Source: Bacillota bacterium
Lineage (GTDB): Bacteria > Bacillota > Sulfobacillia > Fermentithermobacillales > Fermentithermobacillaceae
DNA: 52,882 bases
NCBI GenBank assembly: GCA_040880305.1
Contig: JBBDIP010000006.1
Span: 1 to 52,882, forward strand
Reading direction: 5' to 3'
Both the position numbers and the translations under genes were made by a program. This document shows, in pieces, positions 41,435 through 50,775 of the stretch (position 1 is its first letter; every line of letters begins with the position of its first letter). The notes below the pieces were generated by a model. The model had not been told where the DNA came from. It was given only the letters and a program-made list of their open reading frames with translations, and did not search any database.

Positions 41435-43243
41435 ATGAAGGCGGATGTCTCTCGCATTCTGGCGGCTGACGTTGGGAGCACCACCACCAAGACCGTCCTC
41501 TTCGAAAGGGACGGCGACGGGTGGGTTCTACGGGGAAAGGTGACCGCCCCCACGACGGTGGAGGCACCTGACCTGGACGTGATGATTGGGCTGCGTAACG
41601 CCCTAGTCAAGCTGGAATCTAGGACGGGAGTCAAGCTCTTGGAAGGCGCCAGGCTCATTACCCCTGCCAGGGGTGATGCCGGCGTCGACACCTTCGCGGC
41701 GACTTCCAGCGCCGGCGGGGGTTTGCAGATGCTGGTGACCGGGCTCATCAAGACGATGACGGCCGAATCCGCCCACCGGGCGGCTTTGGGGGCAGGGGCG
41801 CTGGTCTCTGACATCGTCTCGCTGGACGACCAGAGGACCCTGATCGAGCGATTGGAGACCATCAAGGCGCTTCGCCCCGACATGATCCTGGTCACCGGGG
41901 GCACCGACGGCGGCAATATCTCCGACGTAGCGGCCATCGCCGAGTACGTGGCCATGGCCAACCCGGAGCCCCGGTTCGGCAAGGACTTCCGGATCCCTGT
42001 GATCTTCGCCGGAAACGTGAACGCCAGGAGCTACGTCTCCCAGGTATTCGGGGAGTCCATGGAATTGTCGTACACCGACAACCTCCGGCCGGTATTGGAG
42101 ACCGAGGTGCTGGCCCCGGCGAGGGACGAGATCCACAGGTTGTTCTTAGAGCACGTCATGATGCACGCGCCGGGATACAGGACGCTGATGGACTGGGCTG
42201 ACGGGCAGGTGAAGCCCACACCGGTTGCGGTGGGAGAAGCGCTTTCGGCCATGGCGGCCCAAAGGGGTCAAGACCTCCTGGGAGTCGACATCGGGGGCGC
42301 CACCACAGACGTGTTCTCGGTGGTAGGCGGCAAGTTCTACAGGACTGTGTCGGCCAATTTGGGCATGTCCTATAGCGTAGCCAACGTGCTGGGCGAGGCC
42401 GGCGTCGAGCAGGTCATGCGCTGGCTGCCGTGGGACGCCGACGAGCGGCAGGTGCGAAACTGGAGCTTCAACAAGATGATACGGCCCACAACTCTGCCCG
42501 AAACACTAGATGACCTCATCATGGAGCAAGCCGTGGCCAAAGAGGCCCTCCGTCTTTCGCTGGATCACCACCGCTCGCTGGTAAGGGGCCTCAAAGGCAT
42601 ACACCAGAAGCGCGAGATCGCGGATATCTTCAACCAGACCGGGACGGGAGAGACTCTGGTGGACCTCATGCACGCCGGCGTCATCGTAGGTTCGGGTGGT
42701 GTTTTGTCCTACGCGCCGAGGCGCAATCAGGCGGCCCTCATCCTCTTGGATGCCCTCCAACCCGAAGGCGTGACCGATCTTGTGGTAGACAGCCAATTCC
42801 TGCTTCCCCACGTTGGCGCTCTGGCAGACCGCGAGAGTGAGGCTGCGCGTGCCATTTTGAACGACCAGGCTATGATGCTTCTCGGCACTTCGGTCTGTCC
42901 GGTCGGGCCCGTGACGCAGCCCGGTACGGTGATAGCCAAGGTTCTGGTCGGAAGCGACTCCTGGGACGTCGTGGCGGGTGAACTCCGGTTGATCCCCCTG
43001 GAGGGTTCATCTGCGGCCAACGTAGTTCCAAAGAAGGATTTCGACGTAGGAAACGGGCGCGGAGTCCCGGTGGAGAAGGCCTTGGTCAGCGGAGGCGCAG
43101 TAGGTGTTATGCTGGACGGTCGCGGCCGCCCGCTGGTGCTTCCCAAGGGTCTATCCGAGAGGGTTGCGGCTCTAAAGAGATGGTACAAGGCCATGTCTGC
43201 CTACCCCGACCGTGAGGTCGCGGTGGCAGCGGCAGGGAGGTGA
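41435..43243 (+). CDS. GlmL-like (glutamate mutase L family) ASKHA ATPase, canonical copy
   Basis: DVGSTTTK, TSSAGGGLQM, GGTDGG, DIGGATTDVFS, RTVSANLGMSYS, GSGGVLS, LDGRGRP. Confidence 0.85.
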   Translation: MKADVSRILAADVGSTTTKTVLFERDGDGWVLRGKVTAPTTVEAPDLDVMIGLRNALVKLESRTGVKLLEGARLITPARGDAGVDTFAATSSAGGGLQMLVTGLIKTMTAESAHRAALGAGALVSDIVSLDDQRTLIERLETIKALRPDMILVTGGTDGGNISDVAAIAEYVAMANPEPRFGKDFRIPVIFAGNVNARSYVSQVFGESMELSYTDNLRPVLETEVLAPARDEIHRLFLEHVMMHAPGYRTLMDWADGQVKPTPVAVGEALSAMAAQRGQDLLGVDIGGATTDVFSVVGGKFYRTVSANLGMSYSVANVLGEAGVEQVMRWLPWDADERQVRNWSFNKMIRPTTLPETLDDLIMEQAVAKEALRLSLDHHRSLVRGLKGIHQKREIADIFNQTGTGETLVDLMHAGVIVGSGGVLSYAPRRNQAALILLDALQPEGVTDLVVDSQFLLPHVGALADRESEAARAILNDQAMMLLGTSVCPVGPVTQPGTVIAKVLVGSDSWDVVAGELRLIPLEGSSAANVVPKKDFDVGNGRGVPVEKALVSGGAVGVMLDGRGRPLVLPKGLSERVAALKRWYKAMSAYPDREVAVAAAGR

Positions 43244-44643
43244 GCGAGATGGCAGTGACGTCCAATGCGAAAGTGATGGAGAACGTCAGGCTGAAGAAGG
43301 TGCGAAAGCTGTCGGTCCCCGGCGACGTCCTGGTGAGACTCGGCGACTTGGTTGCGTCAGAGACAGTGATCGCGAAGACCGAGTTCGTGCGCGGAAACCC
43401 AAGGATCATCGACTTGACCGCCGAGTTCCGGCAGAAGCTCACGCCGGAGGAAGTAGGCAAGGCGGTCCGCAAAGAAGTGGGCGAAAAGGTGACGGCGGGA
43501 GATGTTCTGGCTACGTACCAGAAGAGCTACTGGTCCCGCGTGAATGAGGTTGTCGCTCCCTGCGACGGGACTATCGAGTACATCTCCAAGACCCAATCCA
43601 GGATTGTCATACGGGAGGACCCCAGGTCGGCCAAGCCGCTCTGTATTGTAGCCGTGAGTTCCAGGCTAGATATCTGGCCGTGGTTGATAAGGATGTTCAC
43701 TGAGGTCAACGAGGGCGACTTCGTGCACGAGGGGCAGGTGCTCGCCGCGGCCCAAAACATTGCCCTCATGGATTATGTCTACGCCCCCATGGCCGGCATC
43801 GTCGAGAAGATATGTCCCAAGACCGGGACCATCACCATAGTGAGACCCATTAGACCCGCCAAGGTGACGGCCCACATTGCCGGCATGATCACGAGCATCG
43901 TGCCCGATGAGGGCGCGGTGGTCGAGGCGGTAGGTTTTTACCTGGAAGGCGTCTTCGGCATAGGCGGTGAGAGAGCAGGCGAGCTGGCCGTAGCCTCTGA
44001 CGGGCCCGCGGAAACTTTGGGCGAGGCCGGCGTAATGCCAGAGCACAAGGGCAAGGTCCTCCTGGCCGGCGCGCTTGCGACCTTGGAAGCGGTACAGAAA
44101 GCCAAATCGGTCGGGGCCAAGGGGATCGTCGTCGGCGGCATGGACAATCTGGACTTGGTCCAGGTATTGGGCAGGGAGATCAACGTGGGTATCACGGGGC
44201 AGGAGCAGACCGACTTCACGATTGTAGTCATGGAGTCGTTCGGCAGCATGCCCATGAACCGGCGGGCCTGGGAGGTACTTTGCTCCCGTGCGGGACGTAT
44301 CGCGTCGATAGACGGCACGACCCAGATAAGGGCCGGCGTTATCCGCCCTCAGATCCTGCTCTCTGACGGGGCGGAAGGCCTAGAGGCGGCGACCGGCGAG
44401 GCGTACGGGGTCGCGAGAGAAGAGCCCCGCCCTTCTACGACCAATCTCTCGGTTGGCGATGCGGTGCGGTGCGTCAGGGCGCCATATCCCGGGATGCGCG
44501 GTGTTGTTGAGGAACTACCGGTCCAGCCCGAACGGGTGGAGTCGGAGTCGTTACTGGAGGTTGCCCGTGTCAGGCTGGCCGATGGGCGCCTTGTGACCGT
44601 GGCCGAGGCTAACCTGGAGGTCCAGAAACCCGCGGTAGTGTGA
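43240..44643 (+). CDS. Uncharacterised GlmL-partner protein 2 (repeated barrel-sandwich-like modules)
   Basis: GDVLVRLGDLV, VGEKVTAGDVLA, APCDGTI, EGDFVHEGQVLA, GVFGIGGE, GITGQE, ESFGSMPM, GDAVRCVRAPY.G. Confidence 0.72.
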   Translation: MSEMAVTSNAKVMENVRLKKVRKLSVPGDVLVRLGDLVASETVIAKTEFVRGNPRIIDLTAEFRQKLTPEEVGKAVRKEVGEKVTAGDVLATYQKSYWSRVNEVVAPCDGTIEYISKTQSRIVIREDPRSAKPLCIVAVSSRLDIWPWLIRMFTEVNEGDFVHEGQVLAAAQNIALMDYVYAPMAGIVEKICPKTGTITIVRPIRPAKVTAHIAGMITSIVPDEGAVVEAVGFYLEGVFGIGGERAGELAVASDGPAETLGEAGVMPEHKGKVLLAGALATLEAVQKAKSVGAKGIVVGGMDNLDLVQVLGREINVGITGQEQTDFTIVVMESFGSMPMNRRAWEVLCSRAGRIASIDGTTQIRAGVIRPQILLSDGAEGLEAATGEAYGVAREEPRPSTTNLSVGDAVRCVRAPYPGMRGVVEELPVQPERVESESLLEVARVRLADGRLVTVAEANLEVQKPAVV

Positions 44644-44659
44644 CCTTCGAGAAATAAGA

Positions 44660-44697
44660 GGCGGTCCCGGTCTTCCTTAGAAGACTCCGGGACCGCC
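44660..44697. terminator. Bidirectional terminator-like hairpin
   Basis: GGCGGTCCCGG-TCTTC...GAAGA.CCGGGACCGCC between convergent genes. Confidence 0.65.
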
Positions 44698-44716
44698 CGG
44701 GCTTGCTAACACGGCC

Positions 44717-44911
44717 CTAAACGGGATTAACGGGCATTACGACCGCGGCGATGAAGTAGAACACCAGGCCAGGGACGCCACCGGTGACGGCTGCGACCAG
44801 CGCTACTCCGAGCCTAACGATAGTCTCGTCTATGTTGAAGTACTCGGCAATGCCTCCGCAGACGCCAGCCACCATCTTCTTGGTCCTCGAACGGTAAAGC
44901 CTCTTTTCCAT
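44717..44911 (-). CDS. pspC: PspC domain protein
   Basis: KRLYRSR..KMVAGVCGGIAEYF.ID.TIVRL; RBS AGGAGG. Confidence 0.93.
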   Translation of the reverse strand: MEKRLYRSRTKKMVAGVCGGIAEYFNIDETIVRLGVALVAAVTGGVPGLVFYFIAAVVMPVNPV

Positions 44912-44960
44912 GTAAAGCCCCTCCTACAATCCTATTTCCGCATCTTGCTCGATCCTATAC

Positions 44961-44986
44961 TACGCCGCTCCCCTAACGCGGTAACA
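44961..44986 (-). promoter_or_regulatory. SigW-like ECF promoter TGTTAC-N16-CGTA
   Basis: Exact spacing upstream of pspC. Confidence 0.5.
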
Positions 44987-45110
44987 GGCGTAAAAAGCGA
45001 TAGCCGGGAGTAGAATTGTTATGCAAATCCCCATTCTATTAGATCCTTCTTGCAAGCCAGAAATTGTAGTGATAAGTTGAGTTCATAGAACCTAAACCGA
45101 GGTGGTTGCG

Positions 45111-45665
45111 GTGGCCCGACCCAAAGAGAGACTTAACACGCTTATTGGCCAGGAAGAGCTGCGAAAGCGCATCACCGAGTTGGCCAAGGAGATTGGAAGG
45201 GACTACACCGGACGCGACCTGCTTCTTATCGCGGTGCTAAAGGGTAGTTTCGTGTTCCTGGCCGATTTGATCCGTGAGCTGGACTACAACGTTGCACTTG
45301 ATTTCATGGGCACCTCGAGCTACGGGGCATCGACGCAGTCCTCGGGCGAGGTCAGGATCACCAAGGATTTGGAGCAGAGCGTATCGGGCCGTCACGTCCT
45401 GCTTGTCGAGGACATCGTTGACACCGGCCTCACGCTGCGATATCTGGTTGACACTCTGAGGGCCCGCCAGCCCGCGAGCCTAAAGGTATGCGCGCTTTTG
45501 GACAAACCGGCGCGCAGGCGGGTACGCATCGGGCTGGACTACTACGGCTTCATAATTCCCAACGCGTTTGTCGTCGGCTACGGCCTCGATTACCAGGAGA
45601 AGTACCGCGGCCTCCCCTATGTGGGAGTGCTCGACGAGGAAATCCCTGAGAAGAAAGGCGAGTAA
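45111..45665 (+). CDS. hpt: Hypoxanthine phosphoribosyltransferase
   Basis: VLKGSFVFLADL, LLVEDIVDTGLTL, FVVGYGLDY. Confidence 0.96.
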   Translation: MARPKERLNTLIGQEELRKRITELAKEIGRDYTGRDLLLIAVLKGSFVFLADLIRELDYNVALDFMGTSSYGASTQSSGEVRITKDLEQSVSGRHVLLVEDIVDTGLTLRYLVDTLRARQPASLKVCALLDKPARRRVRIGLDYYGFIIPNAFVVGYGLDYQEKYRGLPYVGVLDEEIPEKKGE

Positions 45666-45669
45666 AACT

Positions 45670-46185
45670 GTGGAAACTCACCCGCTGGTAGGCGTGATAA
45701 TGGGCAGCGCTTCGGACCTAGACAAGGTCCGGGCGGTCTTCGAGATGTTTGATCTCTTCAAGGTGCCTTTCGAGACGGCGATTGTGTCGGCTCACCGTAC
45801 CCCCGAACTGGTCAAGAAATACGCCGAAAGTGCGTCGGAGCGGGGCGTCAAGGTGCTCATCGGCGCCGCGGGACTGGCGGCCGCGCTCCCCGGAGCGCTG
45901 TCAGCGCTGGTGGATATCCCCGTCATTGGGCTGCCCCTCAGCGGCGGGCCTGTCAACGGGGTAGACGCGCTTTTGTCTGTGACCGACATGCCGCCTGGGA
46001 TACCGGTGGCCGCGGTCGGGATCGATTCGGCGAGGAACGCCGCGCTTCTCGCGATCAGGATCCTGGGCCTCACAGACCCTCGCCTCCGCGAGGAGTTGGG
46101 CAGGATGCGGGAACGATCGGCAAATGAAGTCGCGGAGAAGTCGAAGGTTCTAAGGGACAAAGGGCTTCCCGTCTGGGAGCCTTAA
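45670..46185 (+). CDS. purE: N5-CAIR mutase / AIR carboxylase
   Basis: IMGSASD, SAHRTP, GVDALLS..MP.GIPVA. Confidence 0.95.
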   Translation: METHPLVGVIMGSASDLDKVRAVFEMFDLFKVPFETAIVSAHRTPELVKKYAESASERGVKVLIGAAGLAAALPGALSALVDIPVIGLPLSGGPVNGVDALLSVTDMPPGIPVAAVGIDSARNAALLAIRILGLTDPRLREELGRMRERSANEVAEKSKVLRDKGLPVWEP

Positions 46186-46209
46186 CCATTGCGCCAGGAG
46201 AGGATACCT

Positions 46210-47619
46210 ATGAGCGACGAACTCCGTGAGAAATGCGGCGTTTTCGCCGTTGCGGGCCACCCGCGCGCGGTGGAGATGACCTATTACGGTCTGTACGCGT
46301 TGCAGCACCGCGGGCAGGAGTCCGCGGGCATCGCTTACCGGCAGGGCACTAAGATCCGTTCTTTCAAAGGGATGGGACTAGTCTCTGAGATCCTACTTCC
46401 CGAACGGATCGCCGCGATGTCGGGCGATGTGGCGCTGGGGCACGTCCGCTACTCCACTGCGGGCGAGAGCCGGATCGAGAACGCTCAACCTATCAGCGTC
46501 AAGATGTGGAGAGGACAGTTCGCGCTGGCCCACAACGGGAACCTGGTCAACGCCAAGGAACTTCGGACCGATCTCGAGCACCAGGGCTCCATCTTCCAGA
46601 CAACATCCGATAGCGAGGTCATCCCGCACCTCTTGGCGCGGTCTTCGGACAAGGACCTGCTTAAAGCCTTCTCAGTCGCCCTTTCCCAGGTTAAGGGGGC
46701 ATACGCTGTCGCGGCTCTCACGCCTGAAGGCATAATAGTCGCAAAGGATCCCAACGGTTTCCGGCCATTGTGCATGGGGATTGTGGACGGAGCCTACGTG
46801 TTCTCATCCGAGACATGCGGCCTGGACGCCGTCGGCGCCCAGTTCGTCCGCGAGATTGACCCGGGTGAGATCGTGCAGGCGGTAGTACCGGAAGCGCAAG
46901 CGCATGGTGAAGTGTCGCTCCGGCGCATCCAGGGGCCCAAGGCCGACGTCCCATCGCTTTGCGTATTTGAGTTCATCTACTTCGCCAGGCCCGATTCCGA
47001 CATCTACGGCCTGAACGTCCACTCGGCCAGGAAGGCACTGGGCCGCGCTCTGGCCAGGAAGGGTCCGGTCGAGGCTGACCTGGTTACAGGGGTCCCCGAC
47101 TCGTCCCTCTCGGCCGCGACCGGATACGCCGAGGAAACGGGCATCCCCTACGAGATGGGCTTGGTCAAGAACAGATACATCGGCCGCACGTTCATATCCC
47201 CCGAGCAGTCGATGCGCGAGTTCGCGGTCAAGATAAAGCTCAATCCCCTAAAGAGCATTATCCAGGGTAAAAGGGTTGTCCTTGTCGATGACTCGATCGT
47301 GAGGGGCACTACCTCCCGGTACATCATAGGGCTATTGCGGTCGGCGGGGGCTAAGGAAGTCCACGTGCGCATCAGTTCGCCGCCGTACGTGTTCCCCTGC
47401 TACTACGGCATCGACACCTCGTCTAAGGGCGAACTCGCCGCCTCCTCGATGTCGGTTGAGGAAATAAGAAAGGATATCGATGCCGACAGCCTGGTTTACC
47501 TGGAGATCGATGACCTCCGTAACGTCCTTGGCAAGAACGTGAAGGGCTTTTGCTACTCGTGTTTCACCGGTAAGTATCCGGTCGACGTGTCGCTCTGCTG
47601 CGCGAAGGAGGGCTTGTGA
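46210..47619 (+). CDS. purF: Amidophosphoribosyltransferase
   Basis: EKCGV, QHRGQESAG, GHVRYST, VLVDDSIVRGTT, Fe-S Cys residues. Confidence 0.97.
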   Translation: MSDELREKCGVFAVAGHPRAVEMTYYGLYALQHRGQESAGIAYRQGTKIRSFKGMGLVSEILLPERIAAMSGDVALGHVRYSTAGESRIENAQPISVKMWRGQFALAHNGNLVNAKELRTDLEHQGSIFQTTSDSEVIPHLLARSSDKDLLKAFSVALSQVKGAYAVAALTPEGIIVAKDPNGFRPLCMGIVDGAYVFSSETCGLDAVGAQFVREIDPGEIVQAVVPEAQAHGEVSLRRIQGPKADVPSLCVFEFIYFARPDSDIYGLNVHSARKALGRALARKGPVEADLVTGVPDSSLSAATGYAEETGIPYEMGLVKNRYIGRTFISPEQSMREFAVKIKLNPLKSIIQGKRVVLVDDSIVRGTTSRYIIGLLRSAGAKEVHVRISSPPYVFPCYYGIDTSSKGELAASSMSVEEIRKDIDADSLVYLEIDDLRNVLGKNVKGFCYSCFTGKYPVDVSLCCAKEGL

Positions 47620-48602
47620 CGATGATCTGGTCGAAGAAGCCCGGAGTTGACGTAGGTAGGATAGCGGGACTGGCCCGTGAATCTTACGGACCCGAAGTGC
47701 TGTCAGGGGTCGGCGGCTTCGCCGGGCTCTTTCACGCCTCCGCCCTGGGTTTCAAGGACTTGGTTCTGGCCGCGGGAGCAGACGGGGTGGGGACCAAGGT
47801 CAAGATCGCGCAGGCGCTAGATAAGCACGACACCGTGGGCATCGACCTTGTCGCCATGAACGCCGACGACGTGGTCACCTGCGGAGCGGCGCCCCTCTTC
47901 TTCCTGGACTACGTGGCGGTCGGCAACGTGAGGCCGCATTTGGTGGAGGAGATAGTGAAGGGTATAGTGACAGGCTGCAATCTCGCGGGCTGCGCCCTTT
48001 TGGGCGGCGAGACCGCGACCATGCCGGCCATGTACGAAGATGGAGAGTACGACCTCGCAGGTTTTTGCGTAGGCGGCGTCGAGCGCGACCGGGTCATCGA
48101 CGGGCGTAGCATAGCGCCCAAAGACGTGGTCTTGGGACTCGCGTCGTCCGGGATCCATTCCAACGGCTACACCACGGCCCGTAGGGTCCTCTTGGATCAG
48201 GCCAAGATGAAGCTCACGGACCATGTGGGTGAGCTGGGGAGGACGCTCGGCGAGGAGATGCTGGAACCCACAAGGATCTACTCCCGCGCCTTGGTCCAGG
48301 CGATGAAAAAGGTACGCGTCAAGGGCATGGTGCACATCACCGAGGGAGGCATCCCTGGGAATACGCCGAGAGTGCTCCCGGAGGGGGCTCAGCTGAAGGT
48401 CACTGGAAAGTGGCCTGTCCCCCGCATCTTCGACCTCATCCAAAGGATGGGCAGGGTTTCCGACGAAGAGATGGCGAGGGTGTTCAACATGGGCATCGGG
48501 ATGACTCTGGTGGTCGCTCCGCAGGACGCGGACGCGGCTTTGGAGGCGTTGAAGGAGCAGGGCGTGGATGCTTACCTGGTCGGAGAGGTTGTCAGCGCAT
48601 GA
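47616..48602 (+). CDS. purM: AIR synthetase
   Basis: DGVGTK, GIDLVAM, GGETA.MP, SSGIHSNGY, HITEGG, FNMGIG. Confidence 0.95.
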   Translation: MTMIWSKKPGVDVGRIAGLARESYGPEVLSGVGGFAGLFHASALGFKDLVLAAGADGVGTKVKIAQALDKHDTVGIDLVAMNADDVVTCGAAPLFFLDYVAVGNVRPHLVEEIVKGIVTGCNLAGCALLGGETATMPAMYEDGEYDLAGFCVGGVERDRVIDGRSIAPKDVVLGLASSGIHSNGYTTARRVLLDQAKMKLTDHVGELGRTLGEEMLEPTRIYSRALVQAMKKVRVKGMVHITEGGIPGNTPRVLPEGAQLKVTGKWPVPRIFDLIQRMGRVSDEEMARVFNMGIGMTLVVAPQDADAALEALKEQGVDAYLVGEVVSA

Positions 48603-49255
48603 GCGATACGCTCCGCCTCGGCGTCCTGGTGTCGGGCCGGGGGACAAACCTCCAGTCAATACTTGACGGTTGCGCGTCCGGCTCCATCCCGGCGCGTGTA
48701 GAAGTCGTCATATCAAACAGGCCAAACGTGCTCGCCCTGGACAGGGCGAGAAGCGCGGGGCTCACGGCCGTCTGCGTGGACTTCAAAGATTACGGCAAGT
48801 GGCCCGAGAGCAAGCCGCGATATGAGAGCGATTTGGTCGCCGCCCTCAAGCAATACGTGGTCGAACTGGTCGTCTGTGCCGGTTACGACCGGCTGGCGGG
48901 CGAGACCCTCATGAACGCCTTCCCGGGCCGCATCATCAACATACACCCGGCTCTCCTCCCTTCATTCCCGGGGCTCCACGCGCAGAGAGACGCGCTGGCT
49001 TACGGCGCCAAGGTCTCCGGCGCGACGGTGTTCTTCGTCGACCCGACGGTGGACGGCGGACCGGTCATCATCCAGGAGGCTGTGCCGGTCGAAGAGGATG
49101 ACACGGAGGAGTCGTTGTCGGAAAGGATACTCGCGGTGGAACACCGGATCCTTCCGGTTGCCATCACTCTCATCGCGCGTGGACAGGCTAAGATCGAGGG
49201 ACGGAGAGTGCGAGTGACGAATAGGGGGTGCCCTTCATGGCAAGAAGAGCAGTAA
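48599..49255 (+). CDS. purN: GAR transformylase
   Basis: VSGRGTNLQ, INIHPALLPSFPG, VDGGPVI.Q. Confidence 0.95.
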   Translation: MSDTLRLGVLVSGRGTNLQSILDGCASGSIPARVEVVISNRPNVLALDRARSAGLTAVCVDFKDYGKWPESKPRYESDLVAALKQYVVELVVCAGYDRLAGETLMNAFPGRIINIHPALLPSFPGLHAQRDALAYGAKVSGATVFFVDPTVDGGPVIIQEAVPVEEDDTEESLSERILAVEHRILPVAITLIARGQAKIEGRRVRVTNRGCPSWQEEQ

Positions 49256-50775
49256 TGAGCGTAGCCGACAAAACGGGGATCGTCGATTTCGCAAGGGACC
49301 TGATCGGTGCGGGCTGGGAGATTATCTCCACTGGCGGCACTGCTCGTACTCTCCGAGACAACCACATCGAAGTCATGGAAGTGAGGGAAGTCACCTCTTT
49401 CCCCGAGATCCTTGGGGGAAGGGTGAAGACCTTGCACCCGGCCATCCACGGTGGGATCCTCGCCCGCAGAGACAACCCCGCGGACTTGGCGCAGATGCAG
49501 TCCAACGGGATCGGCTTCATCGACATGGTGGTCTGCAACTTGTACCCCTTCGTCGAGACGGCGTCCAGGCCGGACGTTACCATCGACGAGATGATCGAGG
49601 AGATAGACATCGGCGGTCCGACAATGCTCCGGGCGGCGGCTAAGAACTGGATGTGGACGATCCCCGTGTGCAATCCCGGCCGTTACCCCGAGATCGCCAG
49701 GGAGATCAGGCTGACAGGCGATGTCGACAAGGTCACGCGCCGCCACCTGGCTCTCGAGGTTTTCAACCACACCGCTACATACGACTCGGCCATCGCCGCC
49801 TGCCTGGGTGGGCTTTGGAAGGGCTGGCCTTTGGACTTTCCCCAGGAACTATCTCTGGGGTACAAGCGGGCGCTCTCACTCCGGTACGGCGAGAACCCCC
49901 ACCAGAAGGGCGCCTTCTATGAGCCGGTGATTGGCGGTGAGACCCCATCCATCGCCAAGGGGCAGGTACAGGGCAAGGAGCTTTCGTACAACAACATTCA
50001 CGACGCCGACGGCGCCTATCGCACCGCCTGGGAGTTCCAGACCCCTGCGTGTTGCATCGTAAAACATGCCTCGCCCTGCGGCGTCGCTACGGCTGCCACC
50101 GCTAAGGAAGCCTACGAGAAGGCATTTGAAGCGGACACCGTGTCGGCTTTCGGGGGCGTGGTCGCGTTCAACTGTCCAGTGGACGCCGATGCCGCCAAGG
50201 CCATGAAGAAGCTGTTCATAGAAGTGCTGCTGGCGCCGTCATTCACTCCCGAGGCGGCGGAGACTCTCCGGGCCAAGAAGGACCTTAGGGTCATCGTGGC
50301 GGGGGAGCCCTTAGCCAAAAGGTTCACGGTGCGGACCGCGCTGGGCGGCCTCCTACTGCAGGAAGAGGACACTCTTCAGCCAAAGGACGAGGAGTGGCAG
50401 GTGGTGTCCAAGAGGGCACCCACCGACCAGGAGATCCGCGACCTTCGCTTTGCCATGACCGTGTGCAAGCACGTGCGGTCCAACGCCGTAGTGCTGGCCA
50501 AGGACGGGGCAGTGGTTGGAATAGGCGGCGGCCAGCCTAACAGGGTGGACTGCGTGAGGATCGCCGTGGAACGGGGGAGGGGTCGCGTCCTGGAGTCCTG
50601 TATGGCCTCCGACGCCTTCTTCCCGTTCCCTGACTCGGTCGAGGAAGCCGCCAAGGCCGGGGTATCGGCTATAGCTCACCCGGGCGGGTCTATCCGGGAC
50701 CAGGAATCCCTGGCCGCGGCCGACGCCAATGGGATGGCTATGGTTGTAACAGGCAAGAGGCACTTCCTGCACTAG
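49237..50775 (+). CDS. purH: AICAR transformylase/IMP cyclohydrolase
   Basis: ISTGGT, GRVKTLHP, IDIGGPT, RYGENPHQ, KELSYNN, ASDAFFPF. Confidence 0.97.
   Translation: MARRAVMSVADKTGIVDFARDLIGAGWEIISTGGTARTLRDNHIEVMEVREVTSFPEILGGRVKTLHPAIHGGILARRDNPADLAQMQSNGIGFIDMVVCNLYPFVETASRPDVTIDEMIEEIDIGGPTMLRAAAKNWMWTIPVCNPGRYPEIAREIRLTGDVDKVTRRHLALEVFNHTATYDSAIAACLGGLWKGWPLDFPQELSLGYKRALSLRYGENPHQKGAFYEPVIGGETPSIAKGQVQGKELSYNNIHDADGAYRTAWEFQTPACCIVKHASPCGVATAATAKEAYEKAFEADTVSAFGGVVAFNCPVDADAAKAMKKLFIEVLLAPSFTPEAAETLRAKKDLRVIVAGEPLAKRFTVRTALGGLLLQEEDTLQPKDEEWQVVSKRAPTDQEIRDLRFAMTVCKHVRSNAVVLAKDGAVVGIGGGQPNRVDCVRIAVERGRGRVLESCMASDAFFPFPDSVEEAAKAGVSAIAHPGGSIRDQESLAAADANGMAMVVTGKRHFLH

Noticed and set aside
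33568-43243. DNA mismatch-repair MutL (name clash with the GlmL/MutL family)
   Set aside because: No GHKL motifs; the motifs are actin/ASKHA-type.
44990-45110. Purine or ZMP/ZTP riboswitch upstream of hpt-pur
   Set aside because: No recognisable aptamer consensus by eye; a covariance search would be needed to exclude it fully.
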